Source of the DNA: Bacteriovoracaceae bacterium
GTDB lineage: Bacteria > Bdellovibrionota > Bacteriovoracia > Bacteriovoracales > Bacteriovoracaceae
Direction: 5' to 3'
DNA: 27,828 nucleotides
Assembly (NCBI GenBank): GCA_049599895.1
Contig: JBMYPC010000029.1
Span: forward strand, 1 to 27,828
The notes under the pieces are model-generated. The model saw only the letters and a program-made list of their open reading frames with translations. It did not search any database and was not told the DNA's origin. The position numbers were made by a program, and so were the translations under genes. Shown here one piece after another: positions 1 through 8,622 of the stretch. How positions within the stretch are numbered: position 1 is the stretch's first letter; each line of letters begins with the position of its first letter.

Positions 1-1
1 A

Positions 2-937
2 CTGACAAAAGAGAAAAAAAGCCTCATCTACAAATTTATCAAGATTGGTGGACTCCCAACAATCAAAGATAGCCAAAAACTCACTTTTCAAAAGTTTCTA
101 GGACTCGATAATAAATCAAAGTATCTTTTAAGAAGTTTAAATGCAGATATTAAAGAGAAAATAGTGAGTCATATTCTTAATGAATATGAAGATGAGAATC
201 TCGATGATGATATTATGAATAATGAGACTCTCGAAGAAACGGCAAGCCAAAATAATTCTTTAAAAGCCTTCAAACTTGAAAAGTTCACCCCATTAATAGA
301 GAGCCTCAGAGTTGATGTTTCTGGGTTTCAGCCTGAGGGCAAACGAGTCTATGAAGAAGAAACAATTAAGACCGCTCAAAACCTTGCGAAGATTTTTCTT
401 CCAGAAGACAATCTCGATAGTCGTGTTGCGGCCCTCGCCCATTTCTTTGCTTCAAAACTTGGTGTCGATAATGAGTATGACCTCTCAAAACTCTTCATTG
501 CAAGTCTTTGTCGAAACCTTGGAGTTTGCTCTTTTGAAAGAGATGAATTCCACTCTCAAAACTTCTCAAAGTCGCAAGAGTATAAAGATCATCCCATGCA
601 CGGGATTAATCTTTTAAGAGAAAGCCAAATTGAAATTGATGACGATATTTTTCAACTCATCCACTACAACCATGAACTCGCAGGAGGCCAAGGCTTCCAT
701 GGAGTCGATCTTTCTCGCTTTGATGACCCAATTCAGCTGAGTCTTAACCTTTCCACACTTTTACTAGAAAGTAGTTTTCAGTACCCCGCAGAGAAGGTTG
801 AAAGTTTCTATGAAATTTATCAAAAAATTGTTGCCAATGAGAATCAGGCATTGAACCTCTTTGGCGAAAACATCAAACCTCTTCTTGAGGCCCTTAGTAA
901 TGAAGACCAAGATCAAATTTTTTCTGATGCAGCCTAA
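2..937 (+). CDS. HD/HD-GYP-like domain protein, degenerate active site, 5'-truncated by the window edge
   Basis: The frame of ORF 164..937 is open back to position 2. The C-terminal part has HD-GYP-like motifs YKDHPMHG..LL and IHYNHELAGGQGF (cf. HHERxDGxGYP), but the LHDIG motif appears as LCRNLG. Confidence 0.6.
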   Translation: MTKEKKSLIYKFIKIGGLPTIKDSQKLTFQKFLGLDNKSKYLLRSLNADIKEKIVSHILNEYEDENLDDDIMNNETLEETASQNNSLKAFKLEKFTPLIESLRVDVSGFQPEGKRVYEEETIKTAQNLAKIFLPEDNLDSRVAALAHFFASKLGVDNEYDLSKLFIASLCRNLGVCSFERDEFHSQNFSKSQEYKDHPMHGINLLRESQIEIDDDIFQLIHYNHELAGGQGFHGVDLSRFDDPIQLSLNLSTLLLESSFQYPAEKVESFYEIYQKIVANENQALNLFGENIKPLLEALSNEDQDQIFSDAA

Positions 938-939
938 TT

Positions 940-2070
940 CTATTGAAAGTCACTATACGGAAGACTATTAGTCCCTCGCCAATTGAGAAGTGCGGGAGAA
1001 ATTTCATCATTGTCTTTGACTTCAATGGCAGCAAAAGTCAGGTTCGCTCCTCCTGCACCTTTTCCAAAGTCGAGATTATACATCTTAGTCCATGTTCCTG
1101 TATTAATGAAAATATGTCCATCTTCGAACTGACGGATAATAGGATCGTGAGTATGGCCAACGACTAGAACTTGCGCTTCTTTATCATCTCTAAAGAAGTC
1201 TTCGACAAGTTCTTCATAGTTTTTAAAAAGTTCAAGTTCCTCTCGCATTGATTGCCAAAGACCTTGAGTCTTTTTTCTGGTTTTATAAACGTTTATAAAA
1301 CGAACCATAACAAAGTAAAAAAAGTTCGCCAGCATAAACCTTATGGTAAAAAGAGTGTCATAAATAATACCATTAATGAGAAACTTTTGAATAGGCCTTA
1401 CTGCATTAATATGATGCCTTTGCTGCTTAAACTTATTAATCACACGAACAACATAATAACTTCCCCATGGAGGAATAAAAAACTTTCTGCCTTTATCATC
1501 AACTGCAATTGATTCTTCTAAATCAAAATGATGAGCAACTTCATACTCATGCCCATGGGATATCACAATTCCTTTATGGGGACGGTATTGGCCATCATGT
1601 TCAGTTAAGAATTTAAAACGGCCTAGAACTTCGTTATCAAAGATACGCTCGAACCTTTCTCTCATCGAAGAAAAAATGAACTCGGCATCATGGTTTCCAA
1701 TGATATAGCAAACTGAGTTTTTCTTACTGGCCTTTAAAAAATTATTAAGAGCAGAAAAAACTTCTTGATGGGCCTCAAGAACAATATCAAGCTTTTTCAA
1801 ACTTGCTTCTTCAGACCAAAACTCATCATCAAAAAACCGGACATAAGGAACTGCTAGAAAATCAAGAAAGTCCCCATTAATAATAAGCTCAACTTCATTG
1901 TATTTCGTATGATAAGAGGCAAAGTAATTCAAGAATTCGATAAGTTCTTCATCATAATGAAAATCTTCAAGGAAGTTCTTTTTTCCTTCAAAATAAGCTC
2001 CCGCCCCTAAATGAAGATCAGAAATAACAAGGACAAGTTTTTTTCCCTTACTTTTTTGGAGGAATTTCAT
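940..2070 (-). CDS. Calcineurin-like metallophosphoesterase (LpxH-like superfamily)
   Basis: All five motifs are present: ISDLHLG, NGDFLD, GNHD, SHGH, GHTH. Strong SD AGGAGG upstream of the ATG at 2070. Confidence 0.85.
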   Translation of the reverse strand: MKFLQKSKGKKLVLVISDLHLGAGAYFEGKKNFLEDFHYDEELIEFLNYFASYHTKYNEVELIINGDFLDFLAVPYVRFFDDEFWSEEASLKKLDIVLEAHQEVFSALNNFLKASKKNSVCYIIGNHDAEFIFSSMRERFERIFDNEVLGRFKFLTEHDGQYRPHKGIVISHGHEYEVAHHFDLEESIAVDDKGRKFFIPPWGSYYVVRVINKFKQQRHHINAVRPIQKFLINGIIYDTLFTIRFMLANFFYFVMVRFINVYKTRKKTQGLWQSMREELELFKNYEELVEDFFRDDKEAQVLVVGHTHDPIIRQFEDGHIFINTGTWTKMYNLDFGKGAGGANLTFAAIEVKDNDEISPALLNWRGTNSLPYSDFQ

Positions 2071-2431
2071 AACGACCTCCTCCTACAATAAGCTCAACTC
2101 TTTCAAACGGAGGAGAAAAAGGGAAAAAATAGAACTTCTCTCCTTTTCGCCATGGCACTTCAAAAGTGCGAACGCCTTTTTTTCCAGAACCTTTTTCTTT
2201 TGGAATCGATACAGGAATACGAATATTTTTTGATTCCGAAGCGATTTCTCCAATAAGAGGGCCAGTAGTGAAGTTATTAATGATAACGGCATACTTTGAT
2301 CTACTTTTCTTTGCAGGAATCACACTTACCTTCTCAGAGCCAAAATTGATGATGAATGTTTCTGTTTGATCCGAATAAGATTCGATGGAAAGAAGTGTCA
2401 ATATGGTGAGAACTAGAGTTTTTATCATCAC
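2048..2431 (-). CDS. Small exported hypothetical protein (beta-rich, possibly a cupredoxin-like fold without metal ligands)
   Basis: Sec-type signal peptide (MIKTLVLTILTLLSIESYS), 127-aa ORF, 23-bp overlap with the metallophosphoesterase gene. Confidence 0.7.
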   Translation of the reverse strand: MMIKTLVLTILTLLSIESYSDQTETFIINFGSEKVSVIPAKKSRSKYAVIINNFTTGPLIGEIASESKNIRIPVSIPKEKGSGKKGVRTFEVPWRKGEKFYFFPFSPPFERVELIVGGGRYEIPPKK

Positions 2432-2437
2432 TCTAAT

Positions 2438-2443
2438 ATTATA
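2438..2443 (-). promoter_or_regulatory. Sigma70 -10 box TATAAT, 6 nt upstream of the GTG start at 2431 (probable leaderless mRNA)
   Basis: Minus strand reads TATAAT-attaga-GTG ATG. No SD is present. Confidence 0.5.
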
Positions 2444-2530
2444 ACTTAAATTTCTTGTTTGCGGTCTTATTAAAGACTTTGTGTAGACGTTTGCCAGAAA
2501 ATTCTTATAAGAAAATTTGGAGTGTCTAGT

Positions 2531-2622
2531 GAGTTCGCATTTCCGCTTGGTGCTTCAATGCGTGCCACTGGCACCCATTGCCGCAAACCGGCTGCGGGGC
2601 GCGAAACCTTCGGTTCCGCTAC
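2531..2622. repeat. GC-rich multi-hairpin element (REP-like element or structured RNA) abutting the khpA stop codon
   Basis: 56/90 G+C over 2531-2620. Hairpins at 2556-2580 (caatgcgtgcc-act-ggcacccattg), 2581-2597 (ccgca-N7-tgcgg) and 2601-2619 (minus strand gcggaacc-gaa-ggtttcgc). The minus strand begins with GTAG. Confidence 0.55.
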
Positions 2623-2858
2623 TCAATGATCTCTAAGACACTACGCTTTTTAAGCTTGGTAGAGGCAGCATTAAGGATTGTTCTTAAAGCCCGAGCGGTT
2701 CGCCCTTGTTTTCCAATAACCTTTCCAAGATCAGTCTTATCAACTTTTAATTCAACAACTGTGGTTTGCTCACCAACAATCTCATTAACCTCAACCTGCT
2801 CAGGCATATCAACAAGACTTTTACTAACGTACTCGATTAACTCTTTTAATTCGCTCAT
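2619..2858 (-). CDS. khpA: KH-domain RNA-binding protein KhpA (YlqC/UPF0109)
   Basis: 79 aa with LVDMPEQV and [20 protein letters not shown] (KH GxxG loop). Canonical position downstream of rpsP. Confidence 0.93.
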   Translation of the reverse strand: MSELKELIEYVSKSLVDMPEQVEVNEIVGEQTTVVELKVDKTDLGKVIGKQGRTARALRTILNAASTKLKKRSVLEIIE

Positions 2859-3001
2859 GTGCTTATCTCTCTAAGTAAAAGCTAAACTCTATCTCATTTA
2901 GCTTACTGCAATATCAACTTCAATCTTAAGCTGTTGGCCCACATTGCATAAATGGACCCTCAAACAACAATTGTTCTATGCTAAATCAAGATTTGCTTTT
3001 T

Positions 3002-3027
3002 GAAAATACTGTCTCAATTAGACAGCA
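3002..3027 (-). terminator. Probable intrinsic terminator or attenuator immediately after rpsP
   Basis: Minus strand tgctgtct-aattg-agacagta (8-bp stem with one G-U) followed by a short TTTT, starting 2 nt after the rpsP stop. Confidence 0.45.
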
Positions 3028-3029
3028 AA

Positions 3030-3281
3030 TTAAGCAAGGGAAATCTGATTATTCTTTAAAAGAGATCTTACAGTATTAGAAAGCTGCGCACCTTGAGTAA
3101 CAAGGGCCTTAATTCTATCAACTTTTACATCTTTTAAAGTTTTATCATTTTCTAGCTTTGGATCGTACTGACCAAGCTTTTCTAGGAAACGACCATCTCT
3201 TTTATTGCGCTTGTCAGTCGCAACAATAGTGTAAACCGGTCTATGAGTTCTTCCACCACGTGATAATCTAATCACAACCAT
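3030..3281 (-). CDS. rpsP: 30S ribosomal protein S16
   Basis: MVVIRLSRGG..RPVYTIVATDKRNKRDGRFLEKLGQYDP. Start moved to the ATG at 3281, which has SD GGGAG. Confidence 0.97.
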   Translation of the reverse strand: MVVIRLSRGGRTHRPVYTIVATDKRNKRDGRFLEKLGQYDPKLENDKTLKDVKVDRIKALVTQGAQLSNTVRSLLKNNQISLA

Positions 3282-3320
3282 TTTTTCAACTCCCTTCAGA
3301 ATCACGAAGAATAAACCAAG

Positions 3321-3349
3321 TTTTTAGATCTTTTGCTTAAATTCGTCAA
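3321..3349 (-). promoter_or_regulatory. Putative sigma70 promoter of rpsP: TTGACG-N17-TAAAAA
   Basis: Good -35 box and 17-nt spacer. The -10 box lacks the final T. Confidence 0.45.
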
Positions 3350-3404
3350 CATTCTAAGTAAAAATAGGTAAATGCGCTCCATACGCCACGCACAAAAACA
3401 TCCT

Positions 3405-4862
3405 TTAAGAGAAGAATCCTCCGCCCCAAGGCCCTTTTTTGCGCTTACCTTTTTGTTTTTTCTGTCTTTGCTGTCTAAAACCAGGATTATCATTAAACCC
3501 TGGAGGCATATCACCCATTCCAGGCATTCCTGGCATGCCAGGCATTCCCCCTTTAAACATCCCCATCATTGAGCCCATCATCTTTTCCATCTGACGGAAT
3601 TTTTCAACGAAGTCTTTAACGGCTTTTAAAGTATGACCTGAACCTTTCGCGATTCTCTCCATTCTCGACTCATTGAGAAGTTCATGATCGCGCCTTTCGG
3701 CTTTTGTCATGGAAGAGATCATAATTTTCATGCGCTTCATTTCATCTTCTGCTGATGAAAGATCGCCTATTTGTTTTAGGGCACCACCCATTCCTGGAAT
3801 CATCTTAAGAATTGAGCCCATTGATCCTAAGTTTGAAATCATGTTCATTTGTTTAATGAAATCATCAAAGGTGAATTTTCCTTTTTCAAGGTTCTTCATC
3901 ATCCTTTCGGCTTCTTTTTCATCGATTTCTTCTTGGGCTTTTTCTACAAGAGTTACGACGTCGCCTTTATCAAGGATTCTTCCGGCTAATCGATCAGGAT
4001 GAAAGAGTTCAAGGTCTTTCATCTTTTCACCCATTGAAATAAATCTGATGGGAACTTCAGTAACGTATTTAATACTTAAAGCCGCCCCACCTCTGGCATC
4101 GGAATCCATCTTTGAAAGAACCACACCTGTAAGGCCAATTTTTTCATGAAAGCTTTTTGCGACATTCACGGCCTCTTGCCCTGTCATTGCATCAGCAACA
4201 AGAAGAACCTCGGGATTGTGACCATCGATTGATTTTTTGACTTCATGAATCTGCTCCATTAACTCTTCGTCAACATGGAGGCGTCCAGCAGTATCGATAA
4301 TAACAACGTCATTACCCTCTGCCTTAGCGTGTTCAATAGCCTTTAAAGCAATATCTTTAGGATGACCTGAAAGGTCTGAATCAAAATAAGGTCGTCCCAT
4401 TTGCTTGGCAAGAGTTATGAGCTGATCCTTTGCCGCTGGTCTGAATGTATCTGCTGGAACCATTAAAGCATTAAGGTTTTCTTTTTTATCAAGGTAATGG
4501 GACAGTTTCCCTGTAAAAGTGGTCTTTCCTTGCCCGTTAAGACCAACAATTAAAACCACTCTTGGGCTTTTCTTTTTCCAATCGATAGGTTCATGCTCTC
4601 CACCCATCATGTTAGCAAGTTCATCGTGAACAATTTTTATAAAGAGTTCATCAGGGTTAACCCCAGAGATAACCTTTTCACCCAATGCCTTTTCTTTAAC
4701 TGCATTGATGAAATTTCGAACAACTTTGAAGTTAACGTCAGCTTCGAGTAATGCCGTTCGGACCTCTTTTAAAGCCTCTTCGATATTGCTTTCACTGATT
4801 TTGCCTTTACCTTGAACGTGCTTAAAGGCATCTAAGAATTTATCACTTAATGTATCAAACAT
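3405..4862 (-). CDS. ffh: Signal recognition particle protein Ffh (SRP54)
   Basis: ALLEADVN, GLNGQGKTT, DTFRPAA, DTAGR, SKMDSDARGGAALS, FHPDRLAGRIL. Met-rich M domain with SMTKAER and RIAKGSG. Confidence 0.98.
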   Translation of the reverse strand: MFDTLSDKFLDAFKHVQGKGKISESNIEEALKEVRTALLEADVNFKVVRNFINAVKEKALGEKVISGVNPDELFIKIVHDELANMMGGEHEPIDWKKKSPRVVLIVGLNGQGKTTFTGKLSHYLDKKENLNALMVPADTFRPAAKDQLITLAKQMGRPYFDSDLSGHPKDIALKAIEHAKAEGNDVVIIDTAGRLHVDEELMEQIHEVKKSIDGHNPEVLLVADAMTGQEAVNVAKSFHEKIGLTGVVLSKMDSDARGGAALSIKYVTEVPIRFISMGEKMKDLELFHPDRLAGRILDKGDVVTLVEKAQEEIDEKEAERMMKNLEKGKFTFDDFIKQMNMISNLGSMGSILKMIPGMGGALKQIGDLSSAEDEMKRMKIMISSMTKAERRDHELLNESRMERIAKGSGHTLKAVKDFVEKFRQMEKMMGSMMGMFKGGMPGMPGMPGMGDMPPGFNDNPGFRQQRQKKQKGKRKKGPWGGGFFS

Positions 4863-4870
4863 TTCTATCC

Positions 4871-5332
4871 CTACTTATCTATCTTAATAATGTGTTGATA
4901 AAGCTCTTGTGGAGTACGGAATATAGCCTCCACACCATCAGACTTCAACCTTTCATAGTGATCTTTTAACCGGCTCTCCCAATCTACGAAAATAAATGAA
5001 ATTCCATAGTTTTTGGCCCCATGAAGATCATTTAAACTGTCACCAATAAGAATGATATTCTCTTTATCTTCCCCACCTAACATTTTTGTGGGGCCATCGG
5101 GATGAGGCTTAGAGAGACCATCATCGGCGCAGCTAAAATCTATAAAAAAGCTAATAATATCAAGTGACTTGAGATATTCAATTGTCGAACCACGGTCTCT
5201 TCCCGTCCAGACATAGAGTTCGTGACCGTCATTTTTTAACTGCTCAAGGAGTTCTCTTATACCGGTATAAATGATTGGTCCCTCTGGAGAGCTTCTTAGC
5301 AATGTCCCATCACAATCAAAAACAATTTTCAC
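4871..5332 (-). CDS. HAD-superfamily hydrolase (Gph-like), apparently lacking the cap domain
   Basis: Motif I FDCDGTL, II WTG, III KPHP, IV IGDSLND. Start reassigned to the GTG at 5332 (SD GGAG), which removes the overlap with dusB. 8-nt gap to ffh. Confidence 0.85.
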   Translation of the reverse strand: MKIVFDCDGTLLRSSPEGPIIYTGIRELLEQLKNDGHELYVWTGRDRGSTIEYLKSLDIISFFIDFSCADDGLSKPHPDGPTKMLGGEDKENIILIGDSLNDLHGAKNYGISFIFVDWESRLKDHYERLKSDGVEAIFRTPQELYQHIIKIDK

Positions 5333-5359
5333 ACTTTCTCCACTACTTAAAAGCTTCTC

Positions 5360-5389
5360 TTGACACATAAGCTCTGAAAGATTTAGACC
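5360..5389 (+). promoter_or_regulatory. Putative sigma70 promoter of dusB: TTGACA-N18-TAGACC
   Basis: Perfect -35 at 5360-5365. The weak -10 ends 6 nt before the ATG at 5396. No SD. Confidence 0.4.
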
Positions 5390-5395
5390 AATTTT

Positions 5396-6478
5396 ATGGA
5401 ACAGGAAGAATATCAATATTCAAAAGAACTTAAAAATAAAATTGAATCTCTAACTATTGAGAATCCTATAAAACTTGGCAGCATTAAGTTTAAAAACCCG
5501 ATGCTACTGGCCCCGATGTCAGCGATTTGCAACGCTCCGTTCCGTCTCCTTATGGAAGAACTCGGCGCTGGAGGAACAGTGAGTGAACTAATTTCATGTC
5601 ATGGCATTGGTCATGGTAATGAAAGAACCAGGCACATGCTGACATTGGACCCAAGAGAAGAAAATGTAGGGATTCAAATATTCGGAGAGGATCCCAAGGC
5701 CATGGCCTATGCCGCTCAGGTCGCTGAAGAACGAGGTCCAAAATTTATTGATATCAATATGGGTTGTCCAGTTCGAAAAGTGGTTTCAAAAGGCGGAGGC
5801 TCAGCGCTTTTAAAAGACCCTAAAGTTCTCGGAAACTTTTTTAGCACAATTAAAAAATCTCTTTCGATCCCTCTCACCATCAAAATTCGAACCGGTTGGG
5901 ATGAGCAAAGCCGAAATGCTCACGAAGTCATCCGTATCGCCTTTAATGAAGGCGTTGAGTTTGTCGCAATCCATGGCCGAACAAGAACTCAACAATATAA
6001 AGGTAATGCGGATTGGGATTATATCGAATCTCTTGTGGAAGATTCCCCTCTTCCTCTCATTGGTAACGGAGATCTTCATACAGCACTTCAAACAGGTTCA
6101 AGAATTCGACAAACAAAATGTCAGGCAGTGATGTTAGGTAGAGGCCCTCTTCGAAACCCATTCATCTTTTTAGAATCGAATGCAAACAATTCAAATAATG
6201 TTCGATTCGATGGCCATGACTACTTTGAACTGGTGAAAAGACTAACCAGCCTAACCGCAAAATACTCCCTAACGGAAAGAAACCTGATGGTCTCCATGAG
6301 AAAGTACATTCTTTGGTTTTCCGCAGGGTTTGATGGAGCTTCTCATTTTCGAAGAGATCTCTTTCAAAAACAAGAGTTAAGTGAAATTCTAAAATATACT
6401 GAGGACTTTTTTCTTGGTCAGCGCATGCAAAAGAAAATTGATCATAGTGAAAGTTTTATGACTTCAGGGCATGGTTAA
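5396..6478 (+). CDS. dusB: tRNA-dihydrouridine synthase (DusB family)
   Basis: LAPM, IQIFG, IDINMGCPVRKV, GGGSALL, TIKIRTGWD, IHGRTR, IGNGD, VMLGRG. Confidence 0.93.
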   Translation: MEQEEYQYSKELKNKIESLTIENPIKLGSIKFKNPMLLAPMSAICNAPFRLLMEELGAGGTVSELISCHGIGHGNERTRHMLTLDPREENVGIQIFGEDPKAMAYAAQVAEERGPKFIDINMGCPVRKVVSKGGGSALLKDPKVLGNFFSTIKKSLSIPLTIKIRTGWDEQSRNAHEVIRIAFNEGVEFVAIHGRTRTQQYKGNADWDYIESLVEDSPLPLIGNGDLHTALQTGSRIRQTKCQAVMLGRGPLRNPFIFLESNANNSNNVRFDGHDYFELVKRLTSLTAKYSLTERNLMVSMRKYILWFSAGFDGASHFRRDLFQKQELSEILKYTEDFFLGQRMQKKIDHSESFMTSGHG

Positions 6479-6480
6479 TT

Positions 6481-8622
6481 TTAAGCACAGTGTTTTTTCT
6501 TTTTGCTTTTAATAAAATCGACTAATTGTCCTTCATGAAAAGGTTTGTGAAGGTAACCATCAACTAGTCCGCTGTATTGTTCTGAGTCGAGGTTGATTTC
6601 AAGGTTACCTGTAATAAAAAAGCTCAGCGGCATTTCAGAATGAGGTTTTTGCTTAATCAATTGAATCAATTCAGCACCATTTAGCTCCGGCATCTTAAAA
6701 TCAGAAAGGATCAGATCAAAATGATCATCAGTTCTAAGATAAGCATTCAAAGCTTCTGTGCTTGAAGAAAAAGCATAGACTTTCACTCCCGAACTTTCGA
6801 GCATCTGAGTCAGAAGCTCTAAGATATCAACCTCATCATCGACAACTAATGCAGTCTTAATTCCCACATCATAAAGAGTTTCATCACGAACATTCTCTGT
6901 AGCCTCAGGAACGCTTTCTAACTTTTTAATATTCTTATCGAGTGGAAGAGTTAAAATAAACTCTGTTCCCTCTGATGAAGAGTTGAGATCAATCTTTCCT
7001 CTATGTTCTTTTATAATAGTCTGAACCAAGGCAAGCCCTATCCCTGTCCCTTTTTCCGCAACCTTCGTCGTATAAAAAGGTTCAAAAATCTTATCTTGAA
7101 TATCCTGAGGAATACCTGGCCCAGAATCTTTCACAGAAAGAACTAAGTTATCGCCAACAGAGCCGAGCTTCAGTTCTATCTCTTTGAGAGGTTGATTCTC
7201 CAGTGCATCTTTTGAATTTGATAAGAGATTAACGAGAACTTGCTGTAGCCTTCCTCTATTGCCAAAAACAATGGCCTTCTCATCAAGAGCTTCATCACAA
7301 AGGAACCTTAGACTTACGCCTTCTTTATGATAGATCTCTGAAAGCATATTAACATTTTCTTTAATAAGTTCTCTCAGATTAATACTCTCTTCTTCATCTG
7401 AATCTGATCTCGAGAAAGTTCTTAGCCCCTTCACGATAACAGAAATTCTTTCGCAAGCATTTCGAACTTTGCTAATTTTTTCTATAACAGTCTTATTATT
7501 GGGGTCATTCTTTTCAACTTCTCTTGAAATTCCTGAAAGATAACCTAAGGCAATGGCAAGAGGATTATTGATTTCATGTCCTACACCTGCTGCAATCTGT
7601 CCGATCGAAGCGAGCTTTGAGCTATGTCTCACAATCTTTTTATGATCACGTAATTCTTTTTCTATCCTTAGAGATTCTGAAACATCTTTGATTGAACCGA
7701 TAAAACCCAAAATCTCTCCATCTGAATCTGTTATGGGATAGCCCACTGTCTCACCAACAAAGATGCTGCCATCTTTTTTGCGATATTCAATTTTATAAGG
7801 AGTTGTGTTTTTAACGATATTTTCTTTATTAAACTTTGCCTGAGTCTTAACTTGGAAATCTTCGCTGTGGGCATAAAGAATTTTTGTTTTTTGCCCTCTT
7901 ACTTCTGTCGCCTCAAAACCAAACATCTTTTCAAATGCGACATTGGTAAGAACGATCTCTCTATCAGGATTTGCAAAAACGAGGGCATCAGGATTGTCTC
8001 GAAAAACAGACTCAAACATGGCCTTTTGTCTAGCAAGTTGTTTTTCTGTTCTTTTATTTTTCTTTTCACCCTCTATTGTTGCAATGGCATTTTCAACCCA
8101 TCTTGCATAGAGTTTAAAAAAACTAATTTTCAGATCAGTAATCTCCTCAGACCTTTTTTCTCGAGCCGAAAGACTAATGGTTCCATAGGGCCTTCCCTTA
8201 AGATAAAGCGGAATTCCCACATAACAATTGAGCCCAAAAGCTTTATAGCAATCATGTTGAGAATACTCGGGATCAACAGAAGCGTCCTTAACGGCTTTTA
8301 AAGTTCTTTGTCTCCAAGTCAGATCACAATAAACCTTTGAAAGCTCAAATTCATCACCTGGACTAACAGAGAGTTCCTTGACTTTACTTCTTGCAAATAA
8401 AGAAGTGCATTGGTTTTGATCAATTTTATTAATGAGACCAAGTTCAAGATTAAAAAGCTCTAGCGGGAGATCCAACGAGCGCTCAATTCTCTCTTGCCAA
8501 GAAAGATTCTCTAAAAAGGAAAGTTCCGTCAGGGCCTGAACCGCCTTTTGAAAACTTTGATTGAGCGAATCTTCACTTGATTGCTCAAAATGGATCATTT
8601 TTTTATCTTTCTTAGTATTCAT
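6481..8622 (-). CDS. Cytoplasmic hybrid sensor histidine kinase (GAF-PAS/PAC-HisKA-HATPase-REC)
   Basis: GAF (YVGIPL..GRPYGTISL), PAS (NPDALVFANPDREIVLTN.AFEKMFGF), H-box GVGHEINNPL, N-box NLLSNSKDA, G1 DSGPGI, G2 GTGIGL, receiver VVDDE/LSDFKMP/ITG/KPF. No transmembrane segment. Confidence 0.93.
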   Translation of the reverse strand: MNTKKDKKMIHFEQSSEDSLNQSFQKAVQALTELSFLENLSWQERIERSLDLPLELFNLELGLINKIDQNQCTSLFARSKVKELSVSPGDEFELSKVYCDLTWRQRTLKAVKDASVDPEYSQHDCYKAFGLNCYVGIPLYLKGRPYGTISLSAREKRSEEITDLKISFFKLYARWVENAIATIEGEKKNKRTEKQLARQKAMFESVFRDNPDALVFANPDREIVLTNVAFEKMFGFEATEVRGQKTKILYAHSEDFQVKTQAKFNKENIVKNTTPYKIEYRKKDGSIFVGETVGYPITDSDGEILGFIGSIKDVSESLRIEKELRDHKKIVRHSSKLASIGQIAAGVGHEINNPLAIALGYLSGISREVEKNDPNNKTVIEKISKVRNACERISVIVKGLRTFSRSDSDEEESINLRELIKENVNMLSEIYHKEGVSLRFLCDEALDEKAIVFGNRGRLQQVLVNLLSNSKDALENQPLKEIELKLGSVGDNLVLSVKDSGPGIPQDIQDKIFEPFYTTKVAEKGTGIGLALVQTIIKEHRGKIDLNSSSEGTEFILTLPLDKNIKKLESVPEATENVRDETLYDVGIKTALVVDDEVDILELLTQMLESSGVKVYAFSSSTEALNAYLRTDDHFDLILSDFKMPELNGAELIQLIKQKPHSEMPLSFFITGNLEINLDSEQYSGLVDGYLHKPFHEGQLVDFIKSKKKKHCA

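Noticed and set aside
2526..2621. Stop-codon readthrough of the khpA TAG stimulated by the adjacent hairpin
   Set aside because: KhpA is already full length (ends LEIIE), and the 30-aa extension (RNRRFRAPQPVCG...) resembles nothing.
2531..2622. GC-rich element as SRP (4.5S) RNA or a tRNA, given the proximity to ffh
   Set aside because: Lacks the SRP domain IV core (CAGG..GNRA..AGCAG), a tRNA T-loop (GTTCRA) in the proper position and an acceptor stem.
2578..2874. 98-aa plus-strand ORF and other short alternative-frame ORFs (e.g. 312..617, 3302..3514, 3709..4002, 7852..8301, 8656..8991, those inside 11112..16424, 26204..26557)
   Set aside because: They are shadows of well-supported genes on the opposite strand or in another frame, or they span intergenic DNA without an SD or recognisable motifs.
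3500..3575. Tandem CCAGGCATT-like repeats encoding (MPG)n in ffh
   Set aside because: Met/Gly/Pro-rich low-complexity tails are common in Ffh/SRP54 C-termini, so this is not a separate repeat element.
5333..5416. N-terminal extension of the HAD ORF overlapping dusB
   Set aside because: GTG 5332 has an SD and immediately precedes motif I. The extension covers the divergent promoter region.
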